Shown here in pieces: positions 10,703-20,029 of a DNA stretch of 64,000 nt (positions within the stretch are counted from its first letter, which is position 1; each line of letters begins with the position of its first letter). Location: the NCBI GenBank assembly GCA_019828565.1, contig JAHDYR010000004.1, forward strand, positions 186,001 to 250,000. The letters are read 5' to 3'. The translations under genes and the position numbers were made by a program. Under the pieces are notes generated by a model, which had not been told where the DNA came from, ran no database searches, and worked only from the letters and a program-made list of their open reading frames with translations. The stretch is from Carpediemonas membranifera BICM (lineage: Eukaryota; Protista; Fornicata).

Positions 10703-11599
10703 CTACATCGTTCCAACAGCGCAGGCCGCCGCTACAGCGAGCAGCCCGACTATGGCGAGGTCTATAGCCGACGCGTGCCGCACCACTGTAGCAGCGGGGA
10801 CACTGATCAGCGCGAGTGCCGGGGCGAAGAATCCGGCGAGAGAGCAGACCGCAGTGAGGGTGGTGAGGTCCCCAATCACGAGCACGGCGGCGGCGAGGTA
10901 GGGAATCGAGCAGCATAGCCTGTAGGCCACGGCTGCCGGGACTGACTCCACTCGGGTCATGCTCGCGGGCGGGTACATCAAGAAGGTCAGCCGGGGTCCC
11001 AGGCCGAAGGCAGCGAGAAGGTGGGGCAGCGCGGTCATCATAGCGACACCTGTGGCAGCGACAGGCAAGAATTCCACGACAAAGGGGGGCAGGAGGGTGT
11101 GCATGGCGACAGAGACCCACATTACCGCAATCAGCGCGAGCATGATGGGTACCGCTGCGAGTATGTCGAGCTTCTTGAGCGACACCAACGAGAGGGCGAG
11201 GTTCGGTCCATGGAGCCCCGCAATGAGGAAGAAGAGAGCTGGGATCAGCTGCTTGACAATTCGAATGAGCTGGGCGTGCTGCTCTTGCCACAAAAGGAGC
11301 ATGATTCGGTATTCGATGATGAAAGCAGGACCGGGAATGACCTCGCCGTCAACAAAGACTGCGGGGGCCTGGTGAAGAAAGGAAGGAAGCTGTACGATAT
11401 TAAAGCGCTTCACCATTTCAGCACGCTCAGAAACCTCCGCAAGGTCGTGTTTCGCGACTTCGATGCCATGGTGCTCTTTGAGGAAGTTGTTCATCCATTG
11501 GTTGAAAGATACGCACTGCATACACCGTTTATCGGAGTATACATCGATCTTTAGCGCCAGGCATGCCGCCACGAGCAAAACAACAAGGACAACACGCAT
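10703..11599 (-). CDS. Signal peptide + thioredoxin/glutaredoxin-like CxxC domain + multi-pass TM domain
   Basis: MRVVLVVLLVAACLA signal, KIDVYSDKRCMQC, PAVFVDGEVI, then several hydrophobic helices. Confidence 0.65.
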   Translation of the reverse strand: MRVVLVVLLVAACLALKIDVYSDKRCMQCVSFNQWMNNFLKEHHGIEVAKHDLAEVSERAEMVKRFNIVQLPSFLHQAPAVFVDGEVIPGPAFIIEYRIMLLLWQEQHAQLIRIVKQLIPALFFLIAGLHGPNLALSLVSLKKLDILAAVPIMLALIAVMWVSVAMHTLLPPFVVEFLPVAATGVAMMTALPHLLAAFGLGPRLTFLMYPPASMTRVESVPAAVAYRLCCSIPYLAAAVLVIGDLTTLTAVCSLAGFFAPALALISVPAATVVRHASAIDLAIVGLLAVAAACAVGTM

Positions 11600-11677
11600 T
11601 CCGACTTCACGCACGACTGACGGCAACGACAACCCTCGAACCCCATCACCATCACCCATCACTGCTCTAGAGTTAGT

Positions 11678-12364
11678 TTACAGCTTATCGTGGTCGACCT
11701 CGGTATACTGGTCAAGCCAGTCATCCCCATCATCGATGAGGTCCTCAGGATGCACCTCCCACGCCAAGTTCATGACATAGTCGCCGTTAGGGTTCTTAGT
11801 GTCGGCCTGGGATTCTGTGAGAAGGGCTAGGGCCTGGGTAATGTCGTTGGAGCAGAGCAGGAGGTCCGAGGCGACATGAGTGATCCGGATGGACACATCC
11901 CCGGGTAGACCGCGGAACGGCCCGACCTGGGTGAACCGGAAGATGGCGGCGTCCTCCTCGGACTCGGCCATGGTTAGATTGTCCGTGAGCCAGCACGCCT
12001 TGTCAGTTTCAATGCACTTCAGAGAGAACGCGGTGGAGAATGTCTCGCGTGGGATAAATTGCCAGAGGACACCGAACTCGCTGTCGACGTTTGAGAGGCA
12101 TGCGGCGTTCTTCGCGCCGTTGAGGCATTGAGGGAAACGGTTGGGGTCAAATGGACAACGCCTCCAGGTTGTAAGAAGATAGGAATGCTTATCGGGGAAA
12201 ACGGTGGCTGTGTTGATTGTAAGATCGGGCTTTTCCAGCTTCTTCTCAATTTCATCTTCAGTGATTGCTTCCGCGTTTTCTACTTTCTTCGGAAACATGG
12301 TTTCTTCATCAACCTCTTTCATAGGAGTGAGAGGATCTTGCAGCTCCTGCGGATCTGCCTCCAT
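11678..12364 (-). CDS. Hypothetical protein
   Basis: 228-aa ATG-initiated ORF with host-like codon usage. Confidence 0.6.
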   Translation of the reverse strand: MEADPQELQDPLTPMKEVDEETMFPKKVENAEAITEDEIEKKLEKPDLTINTATVFPDKHSYLLTTWRRCPFDPNRFPQCLNGAKNAACLSNVDSEFGVLWQFIPRETFSTAFSLKCIETDKACWLTDNLTMAESEEDAAIFRFTQVGPFRGLPGDVSIRITHVASDLLLCSNDITQALALLTESQADTKNPNGDYVMNLAWEVHPEDLIDDGDDWLDQYTEVDHDKL

Positions 12365-12669
12365 TCAGCGCTGCGTTTTTCGCGATGCATTAAACTGCCC
12401 GACTGTAATATCGTGGCCCAGAGGCCAGCCGCGAGAGGCATGATGCAAGGCAGGTGCTGGAGTACGTATAAGGGTGAATTATGTCCTTCGAATCCTCCCA
12501 ATCTCAAAGCAGGCCGACGGTACAAGGGTGCTAGGGGAAGGGGCTGAGGTGAGATTCAGTGGATAGATCCGAAACCATGGGTGACAACCGCATGTTTATC
12601 GTAAAATGGCACATATATACATGACATGTATCATACCAGGCAACTCTGACAAGTTCGTTCAAGCCTCAT

Positions 12670-12954
12670 TCACTCAAAGTTCGGCATGTTGACCTGGACA
12701 TGGCCTTGGAACGGCACAGGGCCCATTATACCACTCTGTTGCCCGCCGTCCCCAGATGCAGCCGCGTCGAGCAGGGCCTCGAGTTCGTGGGTTCTGCCGC
12801 TCGAAAGGGCAAGCTGGATGGCATTCCAGCTGTATTGGAATAGCATCTGCTTGCGAACAGCGGTGGCCTTTTCCTGGTCGGTGACGTTGTATATCTCGTC
12901 GGACTTAGCAGGCAGGATCTGGCCTGGAAGAACTGGCTCGTCCTTGGGCAGCAC
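12670..12954 (-). CDS. Probable terminal exon of a small hypothetical gene
   Basis: Preceded on - strand by intron-like gtccgtttgtgctaac...acccag (~12957-12990); no ATG found for the upstream exon. Confidence 0.35.
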   Translation of the reverse strand: MLPKDEPVLPGQILPAKSDEIYNVTDQEKATAVRKQMLFQYSWNAIQLALSSGRTHELEALLDAAASGDGGQQSGIMGPVPFQGHVQVNMPNFE

Positions 12955-13085
12955 TGCTGGGTAAAAAGGTGGATGTTAGCACAAACGGACAGTGGCAGAT
13001 GAATACGAATGTGAATATGAGCTCATAACAGTACTTGGATGAAGCATTTGGGCAGTTGGTAGCATTATTCCAACCGACGGACGAT

Positions 13086-13167
13086 CAGTGTTGCGCAGTA
13101 TAAACACATTGTTCGAACCTCCAGACAGGGCCTGAAAGGAACGATCAAAGTGCCAAACTGCACAACA
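13086..13167 (-). ncRNA. Putative Fanzor omegaRNA scaffold, copy 1 (immediately 3' of the Fanzor stop codon)
   Basis: - strand tgttgtgcagt...actgcgcaacactg forms a long stem with an inner hairpin; homologous to 15130-15198; its position is the canonical TnpB/Fanzor omegaRNA site. Confidence 0.65.
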
Positions 13168-14880
13168 TCATCCGTCCGTAGACGAATGTTGGCGGTTAGC
13201 CAATTGATGATACTGGAATGATGTTTGAAGACGTGGGATCAATGTGCGACTGAACGGAGAGCCGCTGAGCTCATCTTCCGCGGCAAGAGAACGCCACAGG
13301 ATGTTCTCTGCAGCACTCTTGTCCCGATGATCAACATTCAGAGCATCAGGAACTGTTGCGCGCCACTGAGCACCACGGCACTGTCGATTTTCGCAGAGCA
13401 TCACACGATGTGGGTGAAAGTGCTGGTCATCACGCGGACGAACTCGCTTGTAGGGGGCGTGGCAGTGAGGGCAGACGACGGTGGTGCGATCCTCGTTAAC
13501 CATGTTGATCGACGACAGTGTTATACCCCTTGAGAAGGGGTACTATCTCTCTCGCGAACTTTCGATATGGCGCGCAAGGAATGAACATACCAGCAGGCGT
13601 GGTGAATCCCGAGCTCCCGTAGAAGACTTTCAGGCGAATGGGGGTGGCGATGGGATGGTGGCGACCGAACTCCCGAGCCAACTGTTGGCCGCAGCGGGCG
13701 AAGTGCTTCTGGCGAAGGATGTGGTTCGCAAAGCGCACTCGGCGGAAAGACTTACGCATTCCAGCCTCGAAAATGTCGTTCGCGTTGTCCAGCACAAACC
13801 TAATAGAGTTGTTGATACTCACTAGTCTTGTGCTCTTGAACGACGCGGCCGTCATATCAAAGCCGAAACTTGGCGTCTTAGTGTATCCGCACTTTGGAAG
13901 GACGCCGGAGCTGGTGGTGCCATCGGGGTGCCTGATGTAATACCCTCTGATGGACCTTGCGCCCGGGTCGAACCCCATGAGGTGGGCATCAGGATCCGGC
14001 GCGGGCGGAGCCTCGGCATTATTGGTCCCGAGTCGGGGGCGCTCTTTCTCCCGCCCTTTCGCTCGCTTTCGAACAGGCATGCTCGCATCATGTTGTGGCC
14101 GATAGCGGCCGAATCCTCTCTTAATAGTCACCGCCACACAGACCCCATCGGTGCTCAGGCTGAGCAGACGGCCCATTGACCTGGGGTTGTCCCGGTAGCG
14201 TCTTTTCTGCTCTTCCACTCCGTCAGCAATTGCCCAGACGCAAGAGAGAATGCGTGGGGCAGCCTGGGAGACTGGGAGCCCGTCGTTCTCACCCATGTGA
14301 GTCGCCCAGAACAGCGAGGGGAGACACGCAAGGATCTCAGGGTTGACCATGTTGAGGATGGCGTGAACGCCGGCCAACTCCTGCTCGAAGAAGGCCGGAG
14401 AGCCAACACCTGCGAGAGCTTCTTCGAGTCGGGCGAGGGTGCCCTGTAGCCTGTCACGGTACGTCGTCACCGTGCGGGCGAGCCACAGCTTCACAGAGTT
14501 GGCGTATCGGATGAACCACTTCCGGAGACTGGGACTCACTCCATGCGACTCCGCACGACCTTCGAGCTGCGCGACCAGATCCTGCGTGGTAGGCTCCCGC
14601 CACATCGGCACAGTGTCGAGTGTCGAGTGTCGAGTGACTGCACGATGGCCGCGTAGGCCTGACCCGGCTGACCGCCGCGTAGATGAGTGAGCAGTCCGTT
14701 GTGGAAGTCGGCGTCATGTAGGGGGAGTTGCCGGCGCTGCGCATAGCATTCAACCGCGAGCCGGGCCAGCAGGCATGAGTAGAGATATTTTGCTGCGGCG
14801 TAATCCCCCACTCTCCGTTCTTCGGTGTAGTTCTGTCTGAAAGCTTGCTTGATGGAGGCTTTGATCGTATATACCTCCAT
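13168..14880 (-). mobile_element. Fanzor (eukaryotic TnpB-family RNA-guided endonuclease), split into three frames
   Basis: ORFs 14536-14967 (from MEVYTIKASIKQAF, ATG 14880), 13496-14611 and 13168-13503 concatenate to ~565 aa. Motifs: LSTDGVCVAV (WED-like), HLMGFDPG (RuvC-I D), VFYGSSGF..PCAPYRKF, VNEDRTTVVCPHC (RuvC-II E + Zn finger), LCENRQC, HRDKSAAENIL (RuvC-III D). Confidence 0.85.
14612..14636. repeat. 7-bp tandem repeat (agtgtcg) x3.5 causing the first Fanzor frameshift
   Basis: agtgtcg agtgtcg agtgtcg agtg; removing two units gives in-frame QSLDTVPMWREP. Confidence 0.85.
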
Positions 14881-15129
14881 CTTGTTGCGCACTACAGGTG
14901 TGCAGCTGGTCATTGATGAAGATGACATATAAGAGCCGACGATGAACACCATTACCAGCATATACAAGTGTAGAAGTGAATTTAATGTGGAATAGAAGAC
15001 AATGAGACGACGTGTGAGCGATTGTGATGTTTGCAGCTGTGCTGATGTCCACGAAGAAGACGCTTTGTGGAAGCCCTGGAGAAGACGATCTCCCTACCGA
15101 CTTAAGACGTGAGTAGGAGGGAGACAGGG

Positions 15130-15198
15130 CAGTGTTGCGCAGTATAAACACATTGTTGAACCCTTCAATAGCACGATCAGAAAGTGCTTAAACTGCAC
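15130..15198 (-). ncRNA. Putative omegaRNA scaffold, copy 2 (upstream of Fanzor, same orientation)
   Basis: 28-nt exact match cagtgttgcgcagtataaacacattgtt (15130-15157 = 13086-13113) plus shared acgatc..aaagtgc..aaactgcac; different inner hairpin. Confidence 0.6.
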
Positions 15199-15331
15199 CG
15201 ATCATGGTGAGGCAGGGCTGTATCATGCGTGTAGATGACCGGACACGCTAGGCGGGGGATCCTGGCTCATTACCTAGTTCGTCTTATCCTGCAATGCCGT
15301 TCCTTTCTCTTGAGCGAAAAGTCGATCAAGA

Positions 15332-16975
15332 ATGGGTGCGAAGAAGCAGGAGAAAAGGCATTCGTCGTACATGACCCGTAACCAGGCGCTTAAGTACTTG
15401 CAGCTCTCTCTTTCGGATTTCCGCCGCCTCTGTATCCTCAAGGGCATATTCCCCAGAGATCCGCCTCACATCAAGGAGAAGGTCATCGGGAAGACCTACT
15501 ATCTTACCACTGACATCCAGTGGCTTGCCAACGAGCCTCTTATGGACAGGTTCCGCTCGATCAAGGCTCATCTCAAGAAGGTCGCCCGCTTTGACGCCCG
15601 CAAGGAGACTGAGCACGCTGATCAGCTTGCCGATGCGATGCCTCGCTACACTCTCGACCACCTCATCCGCGAGCGCTACCCGTCCTTCCACGACGCCCTC
15701 CGCGACATGTCGGACGCGCTCAACATGGTGCACCTCTTCGCCACTATGTACTCGAGCGACAACGTCCAGAACAAGATGATCATGACCTGCCAGCGCCTTA
15801 GCCGCGAGTGGCAGGCGTATGTCGCCTCCACCAAGATCCTGACCAAGTCCTTTGTGTCCATCCGCGGCGTGTACATGCAGGTCGACCTCGACGGGACACC
15901 CATCACGTGGGTCATGCCCCACGAGTTCTCCCAGGAGCAGACAGACGAGGTTGACTACCGGGTGATGGAGACGTTCCTCGAGTTCTACACCACCCTCGCG
16001 GGCTTCGTGCTCTACAGACTCTTCACCCGCCGCGGCGTGGCCTACCCCCCGGCCGTGGACGCGGAGAAGGACAAGAACGGCGCCTGGCTCGACGCCATCA
16101 CCCTCGCTGCGCCAACCGACTCGGCCGATGACGACGCCACGGACGCCGAGGCCGACCGCACTAGGACGGTCGAGCTGCTCGGAAGCATGGACCCCGAGGA
16201 CCCCCAGTACGCCCCGCAGCTGCTGCAGTTGCTCGAGAATGAGGACACGGTCCAGCTGCCCGGCCTGCTCAACGGCATGGAGTTCTTCCTCTCGAGGGGC
16301 GTCCCGACCAAGCCTGTTGCACTCGCTATCAGGGCGTGCGGCGGGATTGTTGTCTCAGAGCCTACTGAGCGGTCAACGGTGGTCAGCGAACGCCCAGACA
16401 CGCCAGAGTCGATCCTCCCCCAGTGGGTCTTTGATTCAATCAATTTCCGCATGAGGATGCCGTTCGACGAGTACAGCAACGGCCAGGCCGCCCCGCCGCA
16501 CCTCTCGCCGTTCGAGGACTTCACCTCCGGCACGAGCATCACCCACGTTCCTGAGAGGTTCAAGGAGGTCCGCGCCCGGTGGGCCACCGCCTGGGCCGAG
16601 CGGCTCAAGGAGGCTCGCTACCGCACCTCGGACGGTGTGGCGCTCGTCGTTCCTGAGGAAGATCTCGAGGCAGACGTCGGGGACATCGACTCCGAAGAGG
16701 AGGAGGCGCGTCTCGCGCTGGCGACCAAGCGGGTCCGGAACCGGTACGCACACGTCAAGGCCGCGCACGAGGAGAAGACGGGCCGGGTGAAGAGGCTCCT
16801 GATGAAGGCTACGGGGAAGACAGACGAGGCCGACGACGAGGAGGAGGCGTCTGGCCTGGGGCTGCTGGCCAAGCCCAAGGGCAAGGCAAAGACCGGGAAG
16901 AGCGAGAAGAAGCACAAGCCGAAGAAGGTCGTGAACAAGACAGTGAAGACCAGCGTGCTCATCAAGAGGAAGTAA
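15332..16975 (+). CDS. PES1: Pescadillo/Nop7 ribosome biogenesis protein
   Basis: YMTRNQALKYLQLSLSDFRRLCILKGIFPRDP, HLIRERYPSF, VDYRVMETFLEFY, BRCT-like PQWVFDSIN, PPHLSPF. Confidence 0.97.
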   Translation: MGAKKQEKRHSSYMTRNQALKYLQLSLSDFRRLCILKGIFPRDPPHIKEKVIGKTYYLTTDIQWLANEPLMDRFRSIKAHLKKVARFDARKETEHADQLADAMPRYTLDHLIRERYPSFHDALRDMSDALNMVHLFATMYSSDNVQNKMIMTCQRLSREWQAYVASTKILTKSFVSIRGVYMQVDLDGTPITWVMPHEFSQEQTDEVDYRVMETFLEFYTTLAGFVLYRLFTRRGVAYPPAVDAEKDKNGAWLDAITLAAPTDSADDDATDAEADRTRTVELLGSMDPEDPQYAPQLLQLLENEDTVQLPGLLNGMEFFLSRGVPTKPVALAIRACGGIVVSEPTERSTVVSERPDTPESILPQWVFDSINFRMRMPFDEYSNGQAAPPHLSPFEDFTSGTSITHVPERFKEVRARWATAWAERLKEARYRTSDGVALVVPEEDLEADVGDIDSEEEEARLALATKRVRNRYAHVKAAHEEKTGRVKRLLMKATGKTDEADDEEEASGLGLLAKPKGKAKTGKSEKKHKPKKVVNKTVKTSVLIKRK

Positions 16976-17210
16976 ACTTGCGGATTAGTGGCGGTGGTGG
17001 TGGCTTAAGATATGCTGGTTGACAAAGGCGATCGGCCAGCCTGACTAAGCCCCGATAAGATGATGTACAGCACAGGGACCGTGGTACCAGGTAGATGTCG
17101 CTCGTTCTCCCATCCTCGCGTCAGCATTTCAAATGACAGATTTGACACAAGTACTTATTTGGGGCGTTAACTCAGCAGCCGTTGCATTCTATGAACGTTT
17201 TCAATCGTAA

Positions 17211-18003
17211 TTCGACGATTGAACGTAAAGGAGGGCGCAGCCATTCAAAACAGCCCTTCGCAACCTCTTTTCGCCGAGCAAATGCGGTATATCGCTCGAA
17301 CGAGCCCTGCTACAACAATTCATCCACGTTTTCACCAAACTTCCATCCCCGCAGCACCTTCCTCCCTTCCTCGCGGACCATTTCCCGTGTAGTCCCGCTG
17401 AACGGCCCCAGTCCCATCGCTTTCCTCACGGAGCCCCCGCCATTCCAGCCATACCAAACAGCCCCCCAACGCCGCAAGCGTCACTCAGTAACACCCAAGA
17501 CGCCGACAGTGGAGGGCCGCTCGATGTTTCCCAAGGTCCGGCCCGCCAAGCTCCCCCAGCCACAGTCACTGCCATTCCTGCAGACGAAGCCAAAGCGGGG
17601 GCACGCCAAGGTGAAGAGGGACAATGGCACTGCGTCCACACCGGCGATCCAGACGATGGACGTTATGGCTGGTCGTAACGGTCCAATGGTCAACATCCGA
17701 TCAAAGTCCGTTGAGCCCCGGGCTCTGAAGATCGCACGCACCCCGCCAGCAGCTAGGCCAAGGACGAACAGGTCCAAGATGAGACCGGCCGCCCCGCCCA
17801 ACCCCACAGCACTCCCCAAGCATGTCGGACGGCTGGCCACAGGTCGTGTGGTGCAGAGGGATGCGGTGATGAATGCAGTCATCCAGGCCGGCATGGACGA
17901 CTTAGAAAGCGTAGTTGTGCTCGTGGATGACCTACCGCCGTCCCGAGTCGGCTATGACCCACCCCGACTCCAGGATACCCCGACCATGCAGCCCATGTGG
18001 TGA
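17211..18003 (+). CDS. Hypothetical Pro/Arg-rich protein
   Basis: Long low-complexity ORF between PES1 and OSBP. Confidence 0.5.
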
Positions 18004-18429
18004 ACTCCACAGTTTGTACAATAGAGCAGCGTTTAAACTACCGTAACTGTACTGGCAGTGAATCGTGCTGAGGACCATGACGCTGGTCAGTGTTACATGG
18101 CTGAGGAGTTGTTACCTGTTGGTACCAATGGTGCCCGGAGTCCAGTGCTGCGACGTCGGTGTCGCCAGCGAACTCGGACGCGCTCTTACGCTATTGCGAA
18201 TTTTCTGGTGATTTTTGTGATATCTTTAGATCTCGATACGAATTGAGCAATGAACCGAGAAATTGGATGCGTATTGACCGAAAAATCTACAGATACGAGA
18301 GTTTATCCTACCCTGATATTTACCGGTAGATTTACTGCCCGCTATGCCGCTATCCGCGCGATCATTACCGATCAGTTCCCACTTGACGACTTCATTTTTT
18401 TCTCTTGCAATTCGCCTGCGGTGTCTCTT

Positions 18430-19854
18430 ATGAGCTCAGAAGACGTTCCTCAGCAGATTGAGCAGATGGAGATCGCTCAGAACCAGGAAAAAACAAAGAT
18501 GACTGTTGCTGATGAGGCGCAGGCAACTGTTTCCAACGAAGAGAACGCCGACGCTGCCGTTACGGTCAACCAGACGAATTTCGTGACCCCTGATGACGAC
18601 CTTCACGATATTCACCCTTATCGTGACCGCCACTTCAACGAGGAGAAGATCCCCAACCTTCTTGTGAACGTTTTGAAGCAGTTGAAGCCCGGTGTCGACC
18701 TGACCCGCGTTACCCTCCCCACATTCATCCTGGAGCCCCGCTCCCTGCTTGAGAAGTGGGGCGACTTCGTCGCATTTCCCCTTGACGTTTTCTGTGCGGC
18801 CAACGAGCCCGACAAGGACCGTCGTTTCCTCTTTACCTGCGCGTGGTTCATGTCCGGTTTCTCTCTCCTCCCCAAACACGTCCGCAAGCCCTACAACCCC
18901 ATCCTCGGCGAGATGTTCCGCTTCTATCTTGACCATGAGGCACACCCCTTCCCCCAGGCCCACCCCCATGACGCTGAGTACGACATGAGCCAGATCGCCG
19001 GCGTCAAGCACAACCCGACCGTCTACATCGCCGAGCAGGTCTCCCACCACCCTCCGATCAGCGCCTTCTACATTTCCAACCGCAAGGCCGGCTTTGTGGC
19101 GGAGGGATGGGTCTACACGCGCTCCAAGTTTACTGGCAACAGCGCAGGGTCGATCATGGAAGGCCGCGCCCGCCTCCACCTCCTGAAGTTCGGCGATGTC
19201 TACGAGTGCACTTTCCCAAGCGCTTTTATGAGGAACGTCATTGTCGGCAACTACCACATGGAAATAACTGGAAGCATGGACTGCTGCTGCGTCGAACAGA
19301 ACCTCAGAGCGCACCTGGAGTTCAAGCCGAAGCCTATCCTCGGCGGCAAGAAGGGCAACCTCAGGGGGTCACTCAAGAGAGACGGCCGCGTGCTCTATAA
19401 CATCGATGGCAACTACCTCGACAAGACATACGCGTCTAAGCCCTCCGCGCCCAAGGACAAGATCGTACTCTCCGACTCTGCCAACGTCAACGCTTGGACG
19501 GCCAAGACTGTCGGCCGTGTAGCGAACCTCGAGCCGAACGAGTCCCGCCGTCTCTGGAGCGGCGTCACCCGCGCCCTCAACGCATGCCCCGCGGACTACG
19601 ATGCCGCTACTGTTGACAAGACCCGTCTCGAGGATGAGCAACGTGCTGCTGCTGCCGAGAGGCAGAAGACGAACAGCGCATGGGTCCCCAAGCTTTTCTC
19701 CGAGGGTGCTTGGGAGTCTTCGAGCGACGGGTTGTCCGCCCCTTGCCGCGCCGACTGGACGTACATCCACCGTGACGTGTCTCCTTACACTGAGGGCGAC
19801 GACGGCGACGCGGCTCTGGCAACTGCGGCGATCATTGACCGCCAGAGAGTTTAG
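18430..19854 (+). CDS. Oxysterol-binding protein (ORD-only ORP/Osh type)
   Basis: DLTRVTLPTFILEPRSLLE, KPYNPILGE, signature EQVSHHPPISAF, LEDEQR; ATG 18430. Confidence 0.95.
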   Translation: MSSEDVPQQIEQMEIAQNQEKTKMTVADEAQATVSNEENADAAVTVNQTNFVTPDDDLHDIHPYRDRHFNEEKIPNLLVNVLKQLKPGVDLTRVTLPTFILEPRSLLEKWGDFVAFPLDVFCAANEPDKDRRFLFTCAWFMSGFSLLPKHVRKPYNPILGEMFRFYLDHEAHPFPQAHPHDAEYDMSQIAGVKHNPTVYIAEQVSHHPPISAFYISNRKAGFVAEGWVYTRSKFTGNSAGSIMEGRARLHLLKFGDVYECTFPSAFMRNVIVGNYHMEITGSMDCCCVEQNLRAHLEFKPKPILGGKKGNLRGSLKRDGRVLYNIDGNYLDKTYASKPSAPKDKIVLSDSANVNAWTAKTVGRVANLEPNESRRLWSGVTRALNACPADYDAATVDKTRLEDEQRAAAAERQKTNSAWVPKLFSEGAWESSSDGLSAPCRADWTYIHRDVSPYTEGDDGDAALATAAIIDRQRV

Positions 19855-20029
19855 TTTATTTCAGTCGGCTGCAGTTTGGTGTATAAATGGCTTTAAAAGA
19901 ACCCCCAATGGCGGGGGCGGCTGTTGTGATGTCCGCGATTATACGGACATCGTGACACCGACTGTCGATGGAGTCACCACCAATTTCTTTCCCACCAAGC
20001 TTGCAAGCAAACCTCTTTATCAAAACACC

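Noticed and set aside
14750-15151. 133-aa ORF as a Fanzor N-terminus or partner gene
   Set aside because: Non-ATG start inside the scaffold repeat, out of frame with MEVYTIK, no motif.
13086-15198. CRISPR array or LTR pair
   Set aside because: Only two copies 2 kb apart, internally diverged and structured; no spacer periodicity, no TG..CA ends, no gag/pol.
13080-15330. Tc1/mariner or CACTA terminal inverted repeats (cagtg end)
   Set aside because: Copies are direct, not inverted; no TA or other target-site duplication and no matching inverted end found.
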